A stretch of 64,000 nucleotides of DNA from Amoebophrya sp. A120 (taxonomy: Eukaryota; Protista; Dinoflagellata), in assembly GCA_905178155.1 (NCBI GenBank), contig CAJINV010000012.1, forward strand, positions 735,368 through 799,367, given 5' to 3'. Made by a program: the position numbers and the translations under genes. The stretch's first letter is position 1; every line of letters begins with the position of its first letter. Shown here piece after piece: positions 1 through 12,640 of this stretch. The notes beneath the pieces were generated by a model. The model worked only from the letters and a program-made list of their open reading frames with translations, was not told where the DNA came from and searched no databases.

Positions 1-1682
1 GGTGTTGACGTTCCTTTCTGTAGCTGCTCCCGGTTGATTTTTTCATACGTTGTTGCCAAAGAAGACCAAGAAGACCCTACCAGCCGCCGCGATTCATGAG
101 GCTGACTGTCGTCATTACTACTCCTTGGCGCCGGAAAATTGATTTCCCGTCGCATTCCGGACGCTTGGAACAATTTGCGGCCGTGTGAACTATCACTATC
201 ACTGAAGTCCGGGCAGTTCCGTTTCAAGCACTGCATGATGGGCGATAGATAGGAACAGCAGGAATTCTCTAGTTGCCGCTTCTCCTGACCCTGATCGGAG
301 GCGACAAACTGCACGGCGAAGTCCATCCGATGCGTCCCAACCGGGTCCCGATCGTCCCAACTATCCTGCACTTGCAAGCACTCGTGGTACAGTCGCGCAC
401 TGGGCGAGAAAGATTCGTAGTTGAAGTCAAAATACTGCAAAGGGGCGCTATTCCACTTCGCTTCTTCGAAAATTGTATCGCAGTGTGCGAAGAAGCAGTG
501 CCCGTGCACTCCGATCTGATTGTCGAGAACCGTGTTACTAATCCTCCAATACTGCCCGCAAACCGACTGCTGCGTTCCCATGTCGTAAGACTCGGTGAGG
601 GAAAGTTGTTCTACTTCGAAGTCGGAAGGTTGGGTATTGCTACTGCCGTCTTGTCCAGTTGTTCCCTGCTGTTGTACGAGATGCTGATTCACGGTGTACT
701 TGATCTGATTCCGCCAGTTGTTGCTCATCTCCAACTTGGACATGTAGGGGCCGCCCGCGTATCGGTTGTTGAAATTTTCGAAAATGTTCACCGCGTCGAA
801 ATCCGAGTTGGAAGTAACCGTGTAGTTGTAAATGAGGAACGGAACGCAGGTTTCACACGCCCGGACGACCGAGAGGGTGTCGGCTGTGACATTGAATTTC
901 GGGTTTTTGTGCTGGGTAGTTGTTGTTCCTGCTGTGCCGCTAGGGTTGTCTCCGGTCATGTCTAGCGGCTGGCCCGTTATGGGAAACATCTCTGCTGTGA
1001 TCATGCTTTCCACCCCGAGCTTCAATGCTTGTTTCAATTTCTCATCCTTACTGGCGTTTTCTAAAGTCGCGAGGTCCATTTGCTGTTGATCTGGTCCACC
1101 GTTCGCACCTCCAGTGCTCATCGTCGATTGTCCTGTTGATTTCTGTTTGATTCCCTGCAGCCAAAGATCTAATTTCAAGTTCGACTCCTGCTTGAAAAAT
1201 CGGAAACTGTAGTGGCATTGTTGTTCGATTTGTTGCTTCTGGTTCGTCGCTGGGGGAGGAGAGTAGGAGGTGAGAAACGTGGAGTGTTTCAGATTGAGCG
1301 CAGTCGCGCAGAAGTTCAAATGCTTCGCATTGTCGCAGCATTGCTGCTGGATATTGGGATCGGACGGCGGGGCGGTGCTTGCAGCACCCGTTTGTCCTTG
1401 CGAAGACGTCGGCGGCGGAGGAAAACAGGTTTGGTACTGCTGTAGCGGCGACGGTGGATCTGATCCAGCAGTAGGTGTGTTTTGTTCCAATCGAAAAACG
1501 GGAAACGACCCGGATTGCGGTGTTGGCACTCCTTGGAGGCAGTGCCGCTCAAATTGGTTATCATCCGTCTCCCGTGGGGTTTGGGCGGAAATGAGGTGGG
1601 GGACGAGCAGGGAAATGCAGGAAAAGTGTAGCAGCAACGACCGCATGCTTCGGCGCGAAGGCCGGAGGTGAAGGTCAATCAT
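1..1682 (-). CDS. Secreted protein of unknown function, runs off the left edge (>540 aa)
   Basis: Manual translation gives a stop-free minus frame from ATG 1682 (or 1646, MRSLLLHFSCISLLVPHLISAQT, signal-peptide-like) to the window edge. Absent from the ORF track because it has no stop in the window; the + ORF 273..965 is its antisense shadow. Confidence 0.8.
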   Translation of the reverse strand, partial: MIDLHLRPSRRSMRSLLLHFSCISLLVPHLISAQTPRETDDNQFERHCLQGVPTPQSGSFPVFRLEQNTPTAGSDPPSPLQQYQTCFPPPPTSSQGQTGAASTAPPSDPNIQQQCCDNAKHLNFCATALNLKHSTFLTSYSPPPATNQKQQIEQQCHYSFRFFKQESNLKLDLWLQGIKQKSTGQSTMSTGGANGGPDQQQMDLATLENASKDEKLKQALKLGVESMITAEMFPITGQPLDMTGDNPSGTAGTTTTQHKNPKFNVTADTLSVVRACETCVPFLIYNYTVTSNSDFDAVNIFENFNNRYAGGPYMSKLEMSNNWRNQIKYTVNQHLVQQQGTTGQDGSSNTQPSDFEVEQLSLTESYDMGTQQSVCGQYWRISNTVLDNQIGVHGHCFFAHCDTIFEEAKWNSAPLQYFDFNYESFSPSARLYHECLQVQDSWDDRDPVGTHRMDFAVQFVASDQGQEKRQLENSCCSYLSPIMQCLKRNCPDFSDSDSSHGRKLFQASGMRREINFPAPRSSNDDSQPHESRRLVGSSWSSLATTYEKINREQLQKGTST

Positions 1683-2469
1683 TTCTGCAGATGACGTTCC
1701 CGGCGCGCACTGTGGTTGTTTATTTACTTATGTTTTTTTTTTGTGTTTCCGTTTTCAGGTGTTCATGCTTGATTAGGTTTTGTGCATGCACTGTTTCATC
1801 ACATTGATTTGCAGCAGTGTTCGTCTTCATAACAAGCAAAGAAATGAACGATAAAGTGAAAAAGTGCAACTTTGCGTGAAGGCTACAAAAGGTAGACAAT
1901 AGGAAGTCCTTTTTTCCTTATGCATAATGCTTTTTGTGCATTCTGATTTACTGAAAAACATGCTATCCTCATTCCTCATAACGAACTAACTAACATAACA
2001 CAAAGCACTACCTCTTGTCGCAATTTGCGAATTGTCGTCCTGATCCTTCCGTCACACACACGCAGCGTTTTTCATTTTGCTTTTAAAACGCGAACAGCGC
2101 CACTGCTTCTGTGTGTTGACATCAACAAGGAACAACACGCAAAAACAAAAAATATCCACTCAAGCATACTCCTACTCGTTGAGCGTCGAACTCAGGTTTT
2201 ACATCCAAAAAGAAAATGACGAACAGAAAAAAACAAAACTGTGCCGCGCAAATAAATGCACAAAAACATTACAGGACCAAATAACTGCGGCATTTTTTGC
2301 TTAATGCGACTCATCACTCTCTAGCACTCAAAAACTGCTACTGCAGCCAGTTGCAACATTTTGCCCACACTCAGGATTAGCAACACAGGACTGACTCTTC
2401 ATCTGTTTGCGTCGCGTGTCCCTCATCCGCTCTTCAGACGAGTGACTCTTCATGATGAACAAGCTAAGC

Positions 2470-3450
2470 TTTCCAATATTCGCGAAAGCGTTTTTGTTCG
2501 CTTTTGCCTGTGCGAACCGACGTGAAGCAATTCAGTTGTCGTCGTGCTCGTAGCTCTCGGGCCACTACCTCTCCCATAACACAGGTGGAGGAACAAGAGA
2601 GCCCGCCCGACTTGTTCTGCACCATGTGGTGCGCGAGGAACCCGCTGAGCTATCTTCCTTTTGCAACAACACAGCGCCCGCGCGACAGTGCGCGCCCTTC
2701 CTGCTTCGGACGGCGCGCTCGCACAGGGAAAGACAGGCGGCGCCCCAGGTGCTCCTGCGCGCGCCACCGGGCCCGCGGGGGTCACTCACTGCGATGGACC
2801 CCGCGAACGCCGGCGAGCAGGGCTGCCTGCGAAGGGGCTGCGCGATCGATGAGGGCAGGGCCAATGCCCGAAGAGGTAGGCCGCGCGCCCCCCTCCCGGC
2901 CCGGGAAGAGGCCGGCGGCGGACGAGTCACAACAACCAGCCAGGGCAAGCGCCACAACCCGACCGGGCGGCCGGCGCACCCCCAGACGGCGGGCGGGCCA
3001 CACCGCACGGCACCGGTCAAGCCTGGGGAGGGTACACAGGGCCAAAGGGCGCGACACCGCGCCCGCAACACGATCGCCGTGGCCGTCGCGGCTTCCCGTC
3101 TCTTTTTTTCTCGCGGCTTCCCGTCCCACGGCACGGTCTTCGCGGCGCGGGTTTCCTTCGTGCTTCTGCGGGAGCTGCTTCCTCATGTCATAGCGCCGCC
3201 CTCGTGTCTGCAAGGAGAGACAAGGGAAGCCACGGCAGGGCGCACAACATGCCCCACACCATGGCCCACGTCGTTGAACTCCTCCGCCGCACTGATCCAG
3301 GCGAAAAGTCCAACCACCCGCAGAGCCGGGGCCGGCGGTCTCGGCGAGTGGCGCGCCCAGCCGACTCGGCTCACACAACAACGCCGGGCCGCAGCATCTC
3401 ATCAGTGCCGTGCCCGTCTGAGTAGATACGGAGAAGCACCCCCATGCAGA
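2470..3450. repeat. GC-rich intergenic block, probable repeat or mobile-element fragment
   Basis: Abrupt GC rise, overlapping Arg/Ala/Pro-rich ORFs on both strands, no recognisable domain or termini. Confidence 0.35.
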
Positions 3451-4163
3451 CAAGCTACACTAGCACAATCTTAATAGGTGATTTAGAGCTAGATGATGGA
3501 AGATGAGAAACGTTGTTGTGAGTAATCAGGAGGTAGTTGTATGTGCATCTTTCAAACGTCTTGCAATTCGCTGCACTGCTAACCACACTGCCTCGTCGAG
3601 TGCGAGTCGCTTTTGTACTTACACACACTCACTCTTCACCACGCTCGTTCACAAGCAAATAGAAACCACTTGACTCACACTCACTCATCGCAACTAGATG
3701 TAAGTAGTACAACCTGCAGCTTCTCGTCTTGGTTTCCTCTCTCGTCGTCCATATGTTACGCTTACGATAGAACAGTGCCGTTCCGGTAATAAAACAGGTC
3801 CAAAATAACAATAAGACCACTGACCGCGACGGTCATGGTCGTACGCGACCAACTGTTGAAGACGACGTTTCATGGTCGCACGGAAGAAGACGTGCTCTGT
3901 GTCATGCTATGTTGAGGTCAGCACATGCACATCAAACCTGTGCGTGCTGCAGTCAACACCTTCAGTCACCTGCAGGAGGCTTAAACATGACTCCCCGAAC
4001 ACTGCCACCGATGCATGAAACCGAAACGGCATGTAACAGAAACCCAATAATAATCTAGAAGACAAGTATCTACTACTACGTCGTTCTGCAAATAAGTGCT
4101 GTACTGTACAAAGCTATATGTTGACTATGATTTCCAAAAACGTTAAAGTTCTCTCGCTCCCCC

Positions 4164-5325
4164 TCACGGCAACTTCTGCAGAAACTGTTTGAGCTCCGAC
4201 AGCGGCATTGCGTGGACCCACACGGTGACAAAAACCGGCAACACCATGGGGTAGTCCTCCCAAAAATACTGTTGGTCCTCCATGATAAACTCCACGTAAA
4301 AAGTCAACCGCTCGTTGTTCTCCACTCTTATCCCCTGTTGCGGGAACCACTGCTCGCGCAGCATCTTTTTTACTTTGGAAACCGTCGTATTGGGCTCGAT
4401 CTTCTCTGCGGGAACGACGATTTTGTCCTTCGCATCTTTCGGCGCGCCCGAGGCAAAGTTGGGCTTGGTGGGGGTGAGCCGCTGCTGCACCTGGCTACGG
4501 GAGGAGGCGTGGACGTTCATCCGGAATACGTTGAAGAAGACCTGTGATAGAAGAGTTTCATTGCTCCATCGATCTCACATTGTAATTGCAGCACAAATAA
4601 AATTATTGGCTCAGCATTTTTACAAATCAAATTTGTAATGCGGGTTTACCTTAACGAACTAGATTTGTTATGCAAAACTGCAATGATCAAAGTGAGTACG
4701 TGATCCCCCCACTTTTTCCGCAGCGCCTTTTCCTTATCGATCCATTCTCTTACTTCATCGTCCCCCTGCGCGATTATCTGTCCGGTGGCGTGGTTGATCA
4801 AATTTACCTGGTCGAAATAGTCATCGTCCTCATACCCATCGTCCCCGCCATATCCATAATCCACTTCCGATTTCACCGCAGCTTGCCCTTTCCCCCCGCC
4901 CTTCCCTCCTTTGGCACCGCCTTTGCCCCCGCCACCCTTGGGGCCGGCGGGGCCGGCGCCCGTGTCACCAGAAAGGAAGTCGTCGAAATCCATTTCCATG
5001 GGTTATCGAGTGGAAAAACAACATCTACTTCGCACAAGAACTCGTACTAATTGCAAGCATCTTTACAGCATTACAGACCTGGTTTCAGCAGCTTGTTGCT
5101 ACCTGATTCATCATGATCGGGGGCAACACAAACTTCGTTTCTTTTCTGAAATAAAGTCTTTTGCAATGCAATTTCGATCAGTTGCGCGTAGAGTTGTTTT
5201 GTTGCACTGCATACACTTGGGTCGCCCGGATAGTAGCCTTGCTGCTTCTGGTTCTGTTGACCGTTGTACTGGGTAGTTTTTTTGGATGGCGGCTTCGGCG
5301 GCTGAGCGCAACAGGGACATGCCAT
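4164..5325 (-). CDS. Hypothetical protein, Gly/Asp-rich N-terminus, possible ubiquitin-like C-terminal fold; 3 exons
   Basis: Exons ~5325-5214, ~4999-4700 and 4541-4164 join in frame after removing introner 5004-5213 (+5 nt) and GT-AG intron 4542-4699 (KKWGDH|VFFNVFRM). Confidence 0.65.
4542..4699 (-). other. Canonical GT-AG intron with family-C introner interior
   Basis: GTACTC...ATCACAG; interior (AAGGTAAAcccGCATTACAAAT..GCTGAGC) aligns by eye with element 22295-22444. Confidence 0.7.
5004..5213. mobile_element. Introner, family C-like (diverged)
   Basis: Decayed TIRs TATCGAGTGGAAAAACAAC / GTTGTTTTGTTGCACTGCATA; TSD no longer matches; frame restored by element+5. Confidence 0.6.
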
Positions 5326-6154
5326 TGTGTTGTAAGTGGGCTGGGGAGTGTTGTGTAGTATGCCGCTCTTGGGTTTTTATGGGATGAAGTTTCTTGATTT
5401 CAAATTCAAATCTCAATGGTAATCTTGTTCTGAGGGGTAGGGTGTTGGGTTTATCAAAACACTTGGATCAGGAGCAGGAGTACCAAGGTTTTGATTTTGT
5501 TTGCTGTTGATGTTCGAAAACACAAATGGAAAAGGTGGAGAAATTTTTTTTTCTAAGTTAGTATAGAAAGAGAACGACTACAACAAGTCTTCAAACTATT
5601 TTCAGAGGTGGACGATGAGAACGAATACGAAACGCACAGCGAGAACGAAAAGCCATGTACGTAAACGACTTGTTTCCGATGTTTTACAACTTCTAGCTCT
5701 TGACCGAAATCATTCAAGAAGACCAAGAGGCAATAGAAGCTGCAGCACGATATCAAGAAGAACAAAAACATACGGTGTTCGCGAAAAGTCAGTGTTGTAT
5801 CTCGCTTTATTCGTCGCGGGTCGTTGGTCCCGTGGCGGTGGCGGAACGAAAACGAATGGATAGGATTAGGATATTACGGAAGCACAGTCAAAAATACCAC
5901 GGGGTTTGAAAGGTGCACCAGGTAATGTGCAGCTGTTCTTTTGGAGAAGAGCAGGTTTGATGTAGTTCTTAGCGTGAGGATTGAAATTCTAGCTTGGCTA
6001 CATGGAGCAGTGATCGTACTGTTCGTGGTGCTTAGTCATGTAGTCGCTTTGAAGAGGAAGCTCATGACACTTTTCATCCGAGACGCTGCTGCGCCTAGTC
6101 GCAGCATTCGATACCTCCGGAAAACGACACGAAGCTGCTCAACGCGCTTCATGA

Positions 6155-7435
6155 TCAAGGGGTAATACTAGGAGCAGCCGGAGCGCGCGATGAATCCCCA
6201 CTCGCACAGCAGCCTACTTCGTCCTCCAACGCATCCTCTGGTACCGGAGCAGTCTTTTTCCCGCTAGCGGATGCGGATTGAGCGGTACTTCCCCGAGGAC
6301 CCTCTTCTTCGCCCCCGTCAATTTCATTTTGTCCTCCAGTTTCTTCTTGTTCCCCGGAAGAAAACAAAATTCCGTCTCCAGTACCAGTCTCGCCTTGTTC
6401 CCGTGCAGCAGCATTCCCGTTGGAATCATTATTGGGGACGACGGTCGGTGGGGCAGTCTTTTTCGGCGTGGTCGGTGTTGTTGGAGTGGTGGTAGGACGA
6501 GGGGGAGTACTTGCATCCGGCTGGCCTGCGCCTGGTTCTTGACCTTGAGGCTGTTGCACTACCCCTACGGGCTTTTGTACAATCCCAGTGCCCTGGTCTC
6601 CGCCTACGGGTAGTTGTGGTGGTGCCACAGAAGTCGAGCTGCTACTACTTGAGGAGCTTGAACTACTGGGCTGCTTTTCGTCGCAGCAATCAAGCATGAC
6701 CCCTTCAGCCGTCGGGCAGCACTGACCAGAAGTTAACCCGTTCTCGACACACTTTGCGTTGTTGCGACAAAGCTTCGGGTCGTCTAATAGCGTTTTGTCG
6801 CAACAGCCGAGCACCATGCTGTTGGTCCCGGCTCCTGTGGGGCAGCACTTGTCGGCGAGTCCGAGTTCACTGCATTTAGGATGTGTTGCGCACAGCGAGA
6901 GCTCGCATGTTTCCCTTTCTCCCAAATCGTCCTGCGTGCACGACTTATTGTCCTCTTTGTCGGATTCTCGCAGTTGCTGCGTCTCTTTTTTGGCGAGGAA
7001 GGCGGAAAGGATTCTTTTACTTTTGGCTGGGTTATTACTTCTACGACCGGGTGCTGCTCTTGTGGGCCGCTGAGGAAGATGAGAAGGGTGTTGCGTAATC
7101 ACACTTGCACTCGTCGGCCGCCCCCGCGGGTCTCCACCTTCCACTGTATCCATTCTTTTTGTCGTAGTGCTCTTCGACAAAAGCTTAGTCGCGAAAACGA
7201 GGCTGCCGGCTCTGAATCTGCTGCCATGAGCATGACGCTCCTGCTGCTCAGTCTCAAAGAGAAACTGCCCTGGCGGGGAAAGTGTCGCGGACAATAACAA
7301 CGAGATGAGGATGATGAAGGAACAAGCGTGGGGCGCTGGCCGCGCATCCCGTCCGGTCTGGCATAAATACAGATGTTGCCTGGACATCGTCTTTATCGCA
7401 CCAGGTGGCCACTGCATCATGTGGTGATAGATCAA
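6155..7435 (-). CDS. Secreted/surface protein with two Cys-rich modules (C..hpkC...GL...CCPT..G.mL.CC) and Pro/Thr/Ser-rich tail
   Basis: 426-aa ORF, hydrophobic segment FIILISLLLSATL, duplicated Cys module. Confidence 0.75.
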   Translation of the reverse strand: MIYHHMMQWPPGAIKTMSRQHLYLCQTGRDARPAPHACSFIILISLLLSATLSPPGQFLFETEQQERHAHGSRFRAGSLVFATKLLSKSTTTKRMDTVEGGDPRGRPTSASVITQHPSHLPQRPTRAAPGRRSNNPAKSKRILSAFLAKKETQQLRESDKEDNKSCTQDDLGERETCELSLCATHPKCSELGLADKCCPTGAGTNSMVLGCCDKTLLDDPKLCRNNAKCVENGLTSGQCCPTAEGVMLDCCDEKQPSSSSSSSSSSSTSVAPPQLPVGGDQGTGIVQKPVGVVQQPQGQEPGAGQPDASTPPRPTTTPTTPTTPKKTAPPTVVPNNDSNGNAAAREQGETGTGDGILFSSGEQEETGGQNEIDGGEEEGPRGSTAQSASASGKKTAPVPEDALEDEVGCCASGDSSRAPAAPSITP

Positions 7436-8546
7436 TTTGAGAAAAGATTACACAGGTGCGACTTCTTTACTGGCCGTGGAAAAAAGTGATGTAATAATCG
7501 GACATGGGGTGGGGAAAGAGATAAAACTTTCATCATACTGCAGGTGTTTCGCCTGACAGATTGGTAAGGGCATTCTATACATAATACTTTGTTTTTTCGT
7601 TTAATGTAATTCACCATCGCGGCTAAATACGAAAGCGAAACGAAAAAGCAAAGGACTTGGCGCACGAGGAAAACGCATCACAATTAACGACGACAGGTGG
7701 GAAGAAGGACGTCTGCATGGCAGTCCTTCCTGCTTTCTTGCACGATTTTTTTTGCCTTGAGCGAGGACGGACGAATGAAACGACACGCACTACAACTTCT
7801 GGCGTCAACATACATTGAAAACTAAAATCCCAAAGGGAAGTTTGACAATAAGCACTGTAGCATAGCGAACTGAACGTATTTGTGCAACAGCGAACTGGCG
7901 TCAACATACACGCATGCCCACCAGGACGACACAGAAACTACGAAGACGATGAAAACATCAGCGGGAGGACACAGCGCAAGAAGTCTCACTTCCTTTAATT
8001 CGATCCAGCACAAAATTGAAATCCAAAGCAAGCGAAACGCTACAGCATAATCGGGGGCAAAAATCGGTAAAGATTTTGGTTACGTGAATATAAATTTCTA
8101 TTTCTTGTTCGTGCTGCGTGGGTAGGTCCTCCGGATCATCAAGGACAACAGGGGGTGTTGGGGCGTTCTAGAAAAAAATGGAAATAGGGGCGTTCGAGTT
8201 AGCAGTGACCATAACTGTAACTGTTGGCTGTAAATAAAAGGTAAATATTAATGTTTACAATCACCAGCAAAGCAGGGATGGTTAGTTTTCGAAATCGCTT
8301 TACTGGGGAACAAGTTAGCAAAAGGAAGTGCGTTCTTCGTTGTCGTGGGTGTTTGTGAAAAAAATTCTACGAAAAAGGATAGATGAGAAAGACGCTGAAC
8401 TATACTCCTGCGTGTTGAAGTAGATGCAAGTGCTACTTCAACCGTGTATGTTGAAGTAGATGCAAGTCGTGTATCATACGCGCCGTTTGCTTGTTGTGTT
8501 GTTTCGTTTTTCCTCGTATGTAGTACATGTTGTCTGAGCTGCACGA

Positions 8547-10121
8547 CTAGAAGCAGCAGTCATCAGCTGGGAGGGCGTCCTGCTTGCCTGTAGCTGGACT
8601 TGCGCCGAGCAGCCTCCTAAACGCCTCGGACTTTTCAACATCGTCCTCGGGCGCTTGGTTGGCCCCACCACCGTGGGTCGACAAGCCCTGCTCGCTTGTG
8701 GCAGCTGCGCCAAACACCTTGACTTCGTTCAGGTTCAGAACGCGAATTGCGTCGTTGCCAGCTGCCTCCACGACACCTGGTAATTCCACGATGAGGTACT
8801 TCCCCTGTTTCCCCTTGCAGTCAACCACCGCGGTGCCGATTGTCGGATCCTGTTCGGTTGGCTCAAACCGGTCCTTGCACGTCGCCGCATTTTCTTGTTC
8901 ATCGCAGAGAATCCAGTCGCAAACCTCCGAAGGGACTGGCGGCTGGCACACATCCCCCGCAGCTGTCCCTTTGTACCAACCAGGTCGGTCGTCCCCGGTC
9001 TCGAACCACTGCGAGGTGTCAGCCCGATCTCGAAAAGAGTCGGTCTATCCTGTGGAAAAACATAGTACCCGCTCGCCAGAGTTCTTGTCTTTGTCATGCG
9101 AATCTAATACAACCAGCAGGGCTAGAAGTAGAACGTGTCGCCTGCGGCTCCGGCTGCCCATGAGCAGCATTTGTGTTTTCATGGGAAAAATTCTTCGTGC
9201 TATGTTGACCAGCAGGAAACGAAACCTGATTGGTGACGAGTCTGTGCTGTGAGTTCGCGCGGCTCCGAATGGGAAATCAAAATCTTTCTGATTGCTGTTA
9301 CTCGTCCTTGTGGTAGAATTCAGGATTCGACTATAATTACAAGGAAGACTAATTATCAGAGAGATTAAGATTTTTCTTTTTTATTTTTTGGCTACTACGG
9401 ATCTAGGGTGGCGGCGGGTTGTACGTTTTTCCTCATGACATACGGTGACCAAAACCCGAATCCCGGCGTTCGCCCCCGAGCTCGCCACGTCTCCCTCTGG
9501 CAAAGACTCGTCAGTTACATTCCACCCCCCGCCCCCGAAATTTTTCCCTCGCAGAAACAGGAGCCGGCGCAACCGGAAAAATTCATTTTCTTTACCTCCA
9601 TAAAGCCAGCTCGTCAGGTGAACCTCGCCCACTGAAGTTGTAGTTGTACCAGACGGGACGTCGAGTTCCAGTTGGATCCACGGACACTTTTGCCCGGGCT
9701 TGCCATAAGCATTGTCTGCGGTATTGAAAATGGAATGCAAGTCGCCGTCGACCAGGTTCTTTACCCGGACATCTTCATTGAATTCGCTCGAGGCGGTAAT
9801 TTTATCTTCACTCGTTGGCGTGATGTCGATTTGTGTTTTTTCGTTGTCCTTTTTCATCTTCTTCTTGTTCCCGGTTTTCTTTTTTCCAGCTAGCAGCAGT
9901 GCTTGCTGGCGGTGGTTTTTCATTCGCGCGTTGTTCTTCCGTTGCAAGCGACGACCGTGAGCAAAGTACACCGGGGCAGGGGCAATTTGGCCAAGGTCCA
10001 GGACGATTTGTAGTTCTCCTGCAAGGCACATCAGAGCCGCCGACCTCCGGAGAAGAGATTTGGCGCCTCTCGGAGATGTAACCAGCATTTTATTACTCCC
10101 TTCAGCTACTTTGAATTTCAT
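8547..10121 (-). CDS. F-type lectin / F5-8 type C (galactose-binding-like) domain protein; 2 exons
   Basis: Motifs ITASS..NLVDGD..PWIQLEL in exon 1 and CKGKQGKYLIVELPG..LNLNEVKVFG in exon 2; in-frame join across putative GT-AG intron 9045-9443; ends DDCCF*. Confidence 0.7.
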
Positions 10122-11155
10122 CAACACGCTGACGTCGCGCTGTGTCTAGCTGGGGCTGCCTGACACTGTAACTGGTAGTACGAACTGGTTGTAAGAGTGG
10201 AAAGGTATTCGTATGTTGCTTTTCAAGTAGAGTTGCGTTCAACGTAGCTGCTCAGAATAGCTGCATACAATAATTTTTGTTCAAAATAGTTTACGAGGTT
10301 AAAGTTGTAGTCGTGCAGCTACTAAGCGATATCAGTTGGTACTAGACGCGATCTACTCAAATTGCTTCAGTACAAAAGGTATTTATTAGAGGGGCTACAA
10401 GCAGAAACAACTTCTTCGGGTCCGAAGGCGTGCGAGACTTGAGTTTTTACGCAAAAAATCCAAATTCTTCACTATCACGACATGTATATTTTCGTGGCGT
10501 GCTTTTTAGTTTCAAAGCGATTACTTCACAAACTGGAGGGACGAGGACGAACTTGACGATGCTGCACGACTGTAACCTAGATTCCAATGTGAAAAGGAAT
10601 GCCTACGAAGAATGAAAAAGAATGGACGAGAGCGCTGAAGACGCTAGTATCGTGAAGAAACTGTGTCATGAACAAGTACGCCTTCAATAAAGCTATAGCT
10701 ACCCGAGGCATGATATTATGCTAGACGAATAAAAACCAAACACAACAGGGTGAACAAGCCCCGCCTTGTTCCTACACAGGTGTTGTAGGAAGCGTGTATC
10801 GACGTCGTCATCCACATCGTAGCCACTGCTTCCAAAGCTCAAGGTGCGGGTTTTCGACGTACAAGTAACTCCTATCTTCTCAATCATTCGGTCCAGTCGC
10901 AGCTCTTCAAGTAGCCAACATAAACCTGGTTGCAGAAACTAGTACCTTCAGTGAAAGGTATTTTCTATTTCTATGGGACGAGCATGATCAGGGGTGGGAA
11001 TGAGTTCGGGTTGTATGAAAAGATTTGACGATCGAATGATAAACTCACTCTGACTTTCATGACAAAAAAAGTATGCAGCATCATTCAACAACATGAACAT
11101 GATCGGGTAGGGGAAGAGTGTCTTGATCTGAATAGCAGTAGTTGGGAGCAATTTA

Positions 11156-12640
11156 CTAGCAACACGTCAAAAATCCTTCGTTTTCTGGACCTTGTGCAGC
11201 TTTTGCCTTTTTCATCCCGGCTACCTCGTCGTATGGAATTTCGCGCGCACTGAAGAGATGCTCCGCCGGAGCGGATGTTGTGGTCTCAGCGGAAGTTGTC
11301 GTCGCTTTATTTGCAGTGGTCGATGATCCACCAACAGACGTTGTCCTTTCTTTCGACGCCCGAGCAAATAGAGCTTCATCTTCTTCTTGTCCCGTCAGAG
11401 GACTCCCTCCATGTGCAGACGATGATGACCCGCCCCCCAATACGACCGGTCCTGGGACGGGCGTGGAAACCAACCCGGTAGTTGTTTTCGTTCCATTCAG
11501 CACACCACCCTTTTCTCCACACACCACGACCCGTTCTTGCCCGTTTGCGAAGGGACAGGCGACTCCGTTGTTTTCTGCAGGTACTTTGTGAATGTAAGTA
11601 CGCGCCTTCCTCGTTCCTTCCGGCTCGTTTTTGCACAATGCAATGGCCGTGACGTTCCATTCTCCAATGCAATCTCGCGGGCAAGTGATTTCGTTGTTTA
11701 ACTCCGGCTGGTTGTGTGCGAAATCACAATCCTTTCCCCCGTTCAATTTTTCCTGGGACACGACAAAATGCCGCGACAAGCGCTCCCCGTGACCGGTGCA
11801 TTTCTGTTCTCGCAAATCTTCCACGGTTTCGTAGTCCCAACCGCCAATGCAATTGGTCGGGCAAATCGCAGTAACTTTTGTGTTGTTCGCCAAGTCCGGT
11901 TCCTCGCATTCCGCACCCCCGTTTCTGGCCTCGCGTGTAATCAAGTACGTCCGAACAACCTCCTCCCCGAGCCCGGCTGGGTCACACTTCGCTGCCAATA
12001 GTTCCGAATCTGTGCTTATTCCATTGTCCCATCCCGACATACAGTCGATCGGACAGGTGATTTCGTCTTCGGCGTCGTCGTCTTCCTCGCACACCGCGCC
12101 GTTATAGAGTGACGGATAAGTAATTCTGTATTTTCTCTTCAAAATCTCCCCGTTCCCCGTGCACTGCGATTCTAGTTCTCCTCTCGTTTGGCTCCATTCC
12201 CCCGAGCAGTTCCGCGGACAGAAGTCAAACTTCTTCTCGTTGTTCTTACAGTCATTTTCCCTTGCACACCAGTTTATTTGCCCGGGATGATCATCATCCT
12301 GGCACCCATTTCCCTCTACGCCGTCGAAGCCAGGCGCTGCATTTCGCGTGATTTTGTACGTGTGCGACACAATCTTCTCCCTCCAGGGGTCAACATTGCT
12401 ACTCCCCGGATCCTCGCAAGACTCACTCGTCTGCTCCCAATGCCCCCGACAGTCGGTTGGACAGGGCTGGTTCCTTTTCTCGTTGTGCTTGCAGTTCGTG
12501 GGGTCCTCACAAAGAGGGTTTTTACACTGTTTTCCCTTCGCGTGGTGCCCAGGACCGTCTCCGTCCCGCGCTCTGACCGTCATTTGGTATTTGTGTGTGG
12601 TCACTAGCTGTCCGTCACTTTTCCCGGCGCAATTGTAGGC
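11156..12640 (-). CDS. TSP1/spondin-like Cys-repeat protein B (5' end unresolved)
   Basis: About 6 repeats CPxDCxGxW...RTYxIT...NGGxxC, Ser/Thr tail, ends GFLTCC*; in-frame stop just upstream of 12640. Confidence 0.8.
   Translation of the reverse strand, partial: AYNCAGKSDGQLVTTHKYQMTVRARDGDGPGHHAKGKQCKNPLCEDPTNCKHNEKRNQPCPTDCRGHWEQTSESCEDPGSSNVDPWREKIVSHTYKITRNAAPGFDGVEGNGCQDDDHPGQINWCARENDCKNNEKKFDFCPRNCSGEWSQTRGELESQCTGNGEILKRKYRITYPSLYNGAVCEEDDDAEDEITCPIDCMSGWDNGISTDSELLAAKCDPAGLGEEVVRTYLITREARNGGAECEEPDLANNTKVTAICPTNCIGGWDYETVEDLREQKCTGHGERLSRHFVVSQEKLNGGKDCDFAHNQPELNNEITCPRDCIGEWNVTAIALCKNEPEGTRKARTYIHKVPAENNGVACPFANGQERVVVCGEKGGVLNGTKTTTGLVSTPVPGPVVLGGGSSSSAHGGSPLTGQEEDEALFARASKERTTSVGGSSTTANKATTTSAETTTSAPAEHLFSAREIPYDEVAGMKKAKAAQGPENEGFLTCC

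Noticed and set aside
2450-3474. Overlapping long ORFs
   Set aside because: GC-rich, open in most frames, no domain signal.
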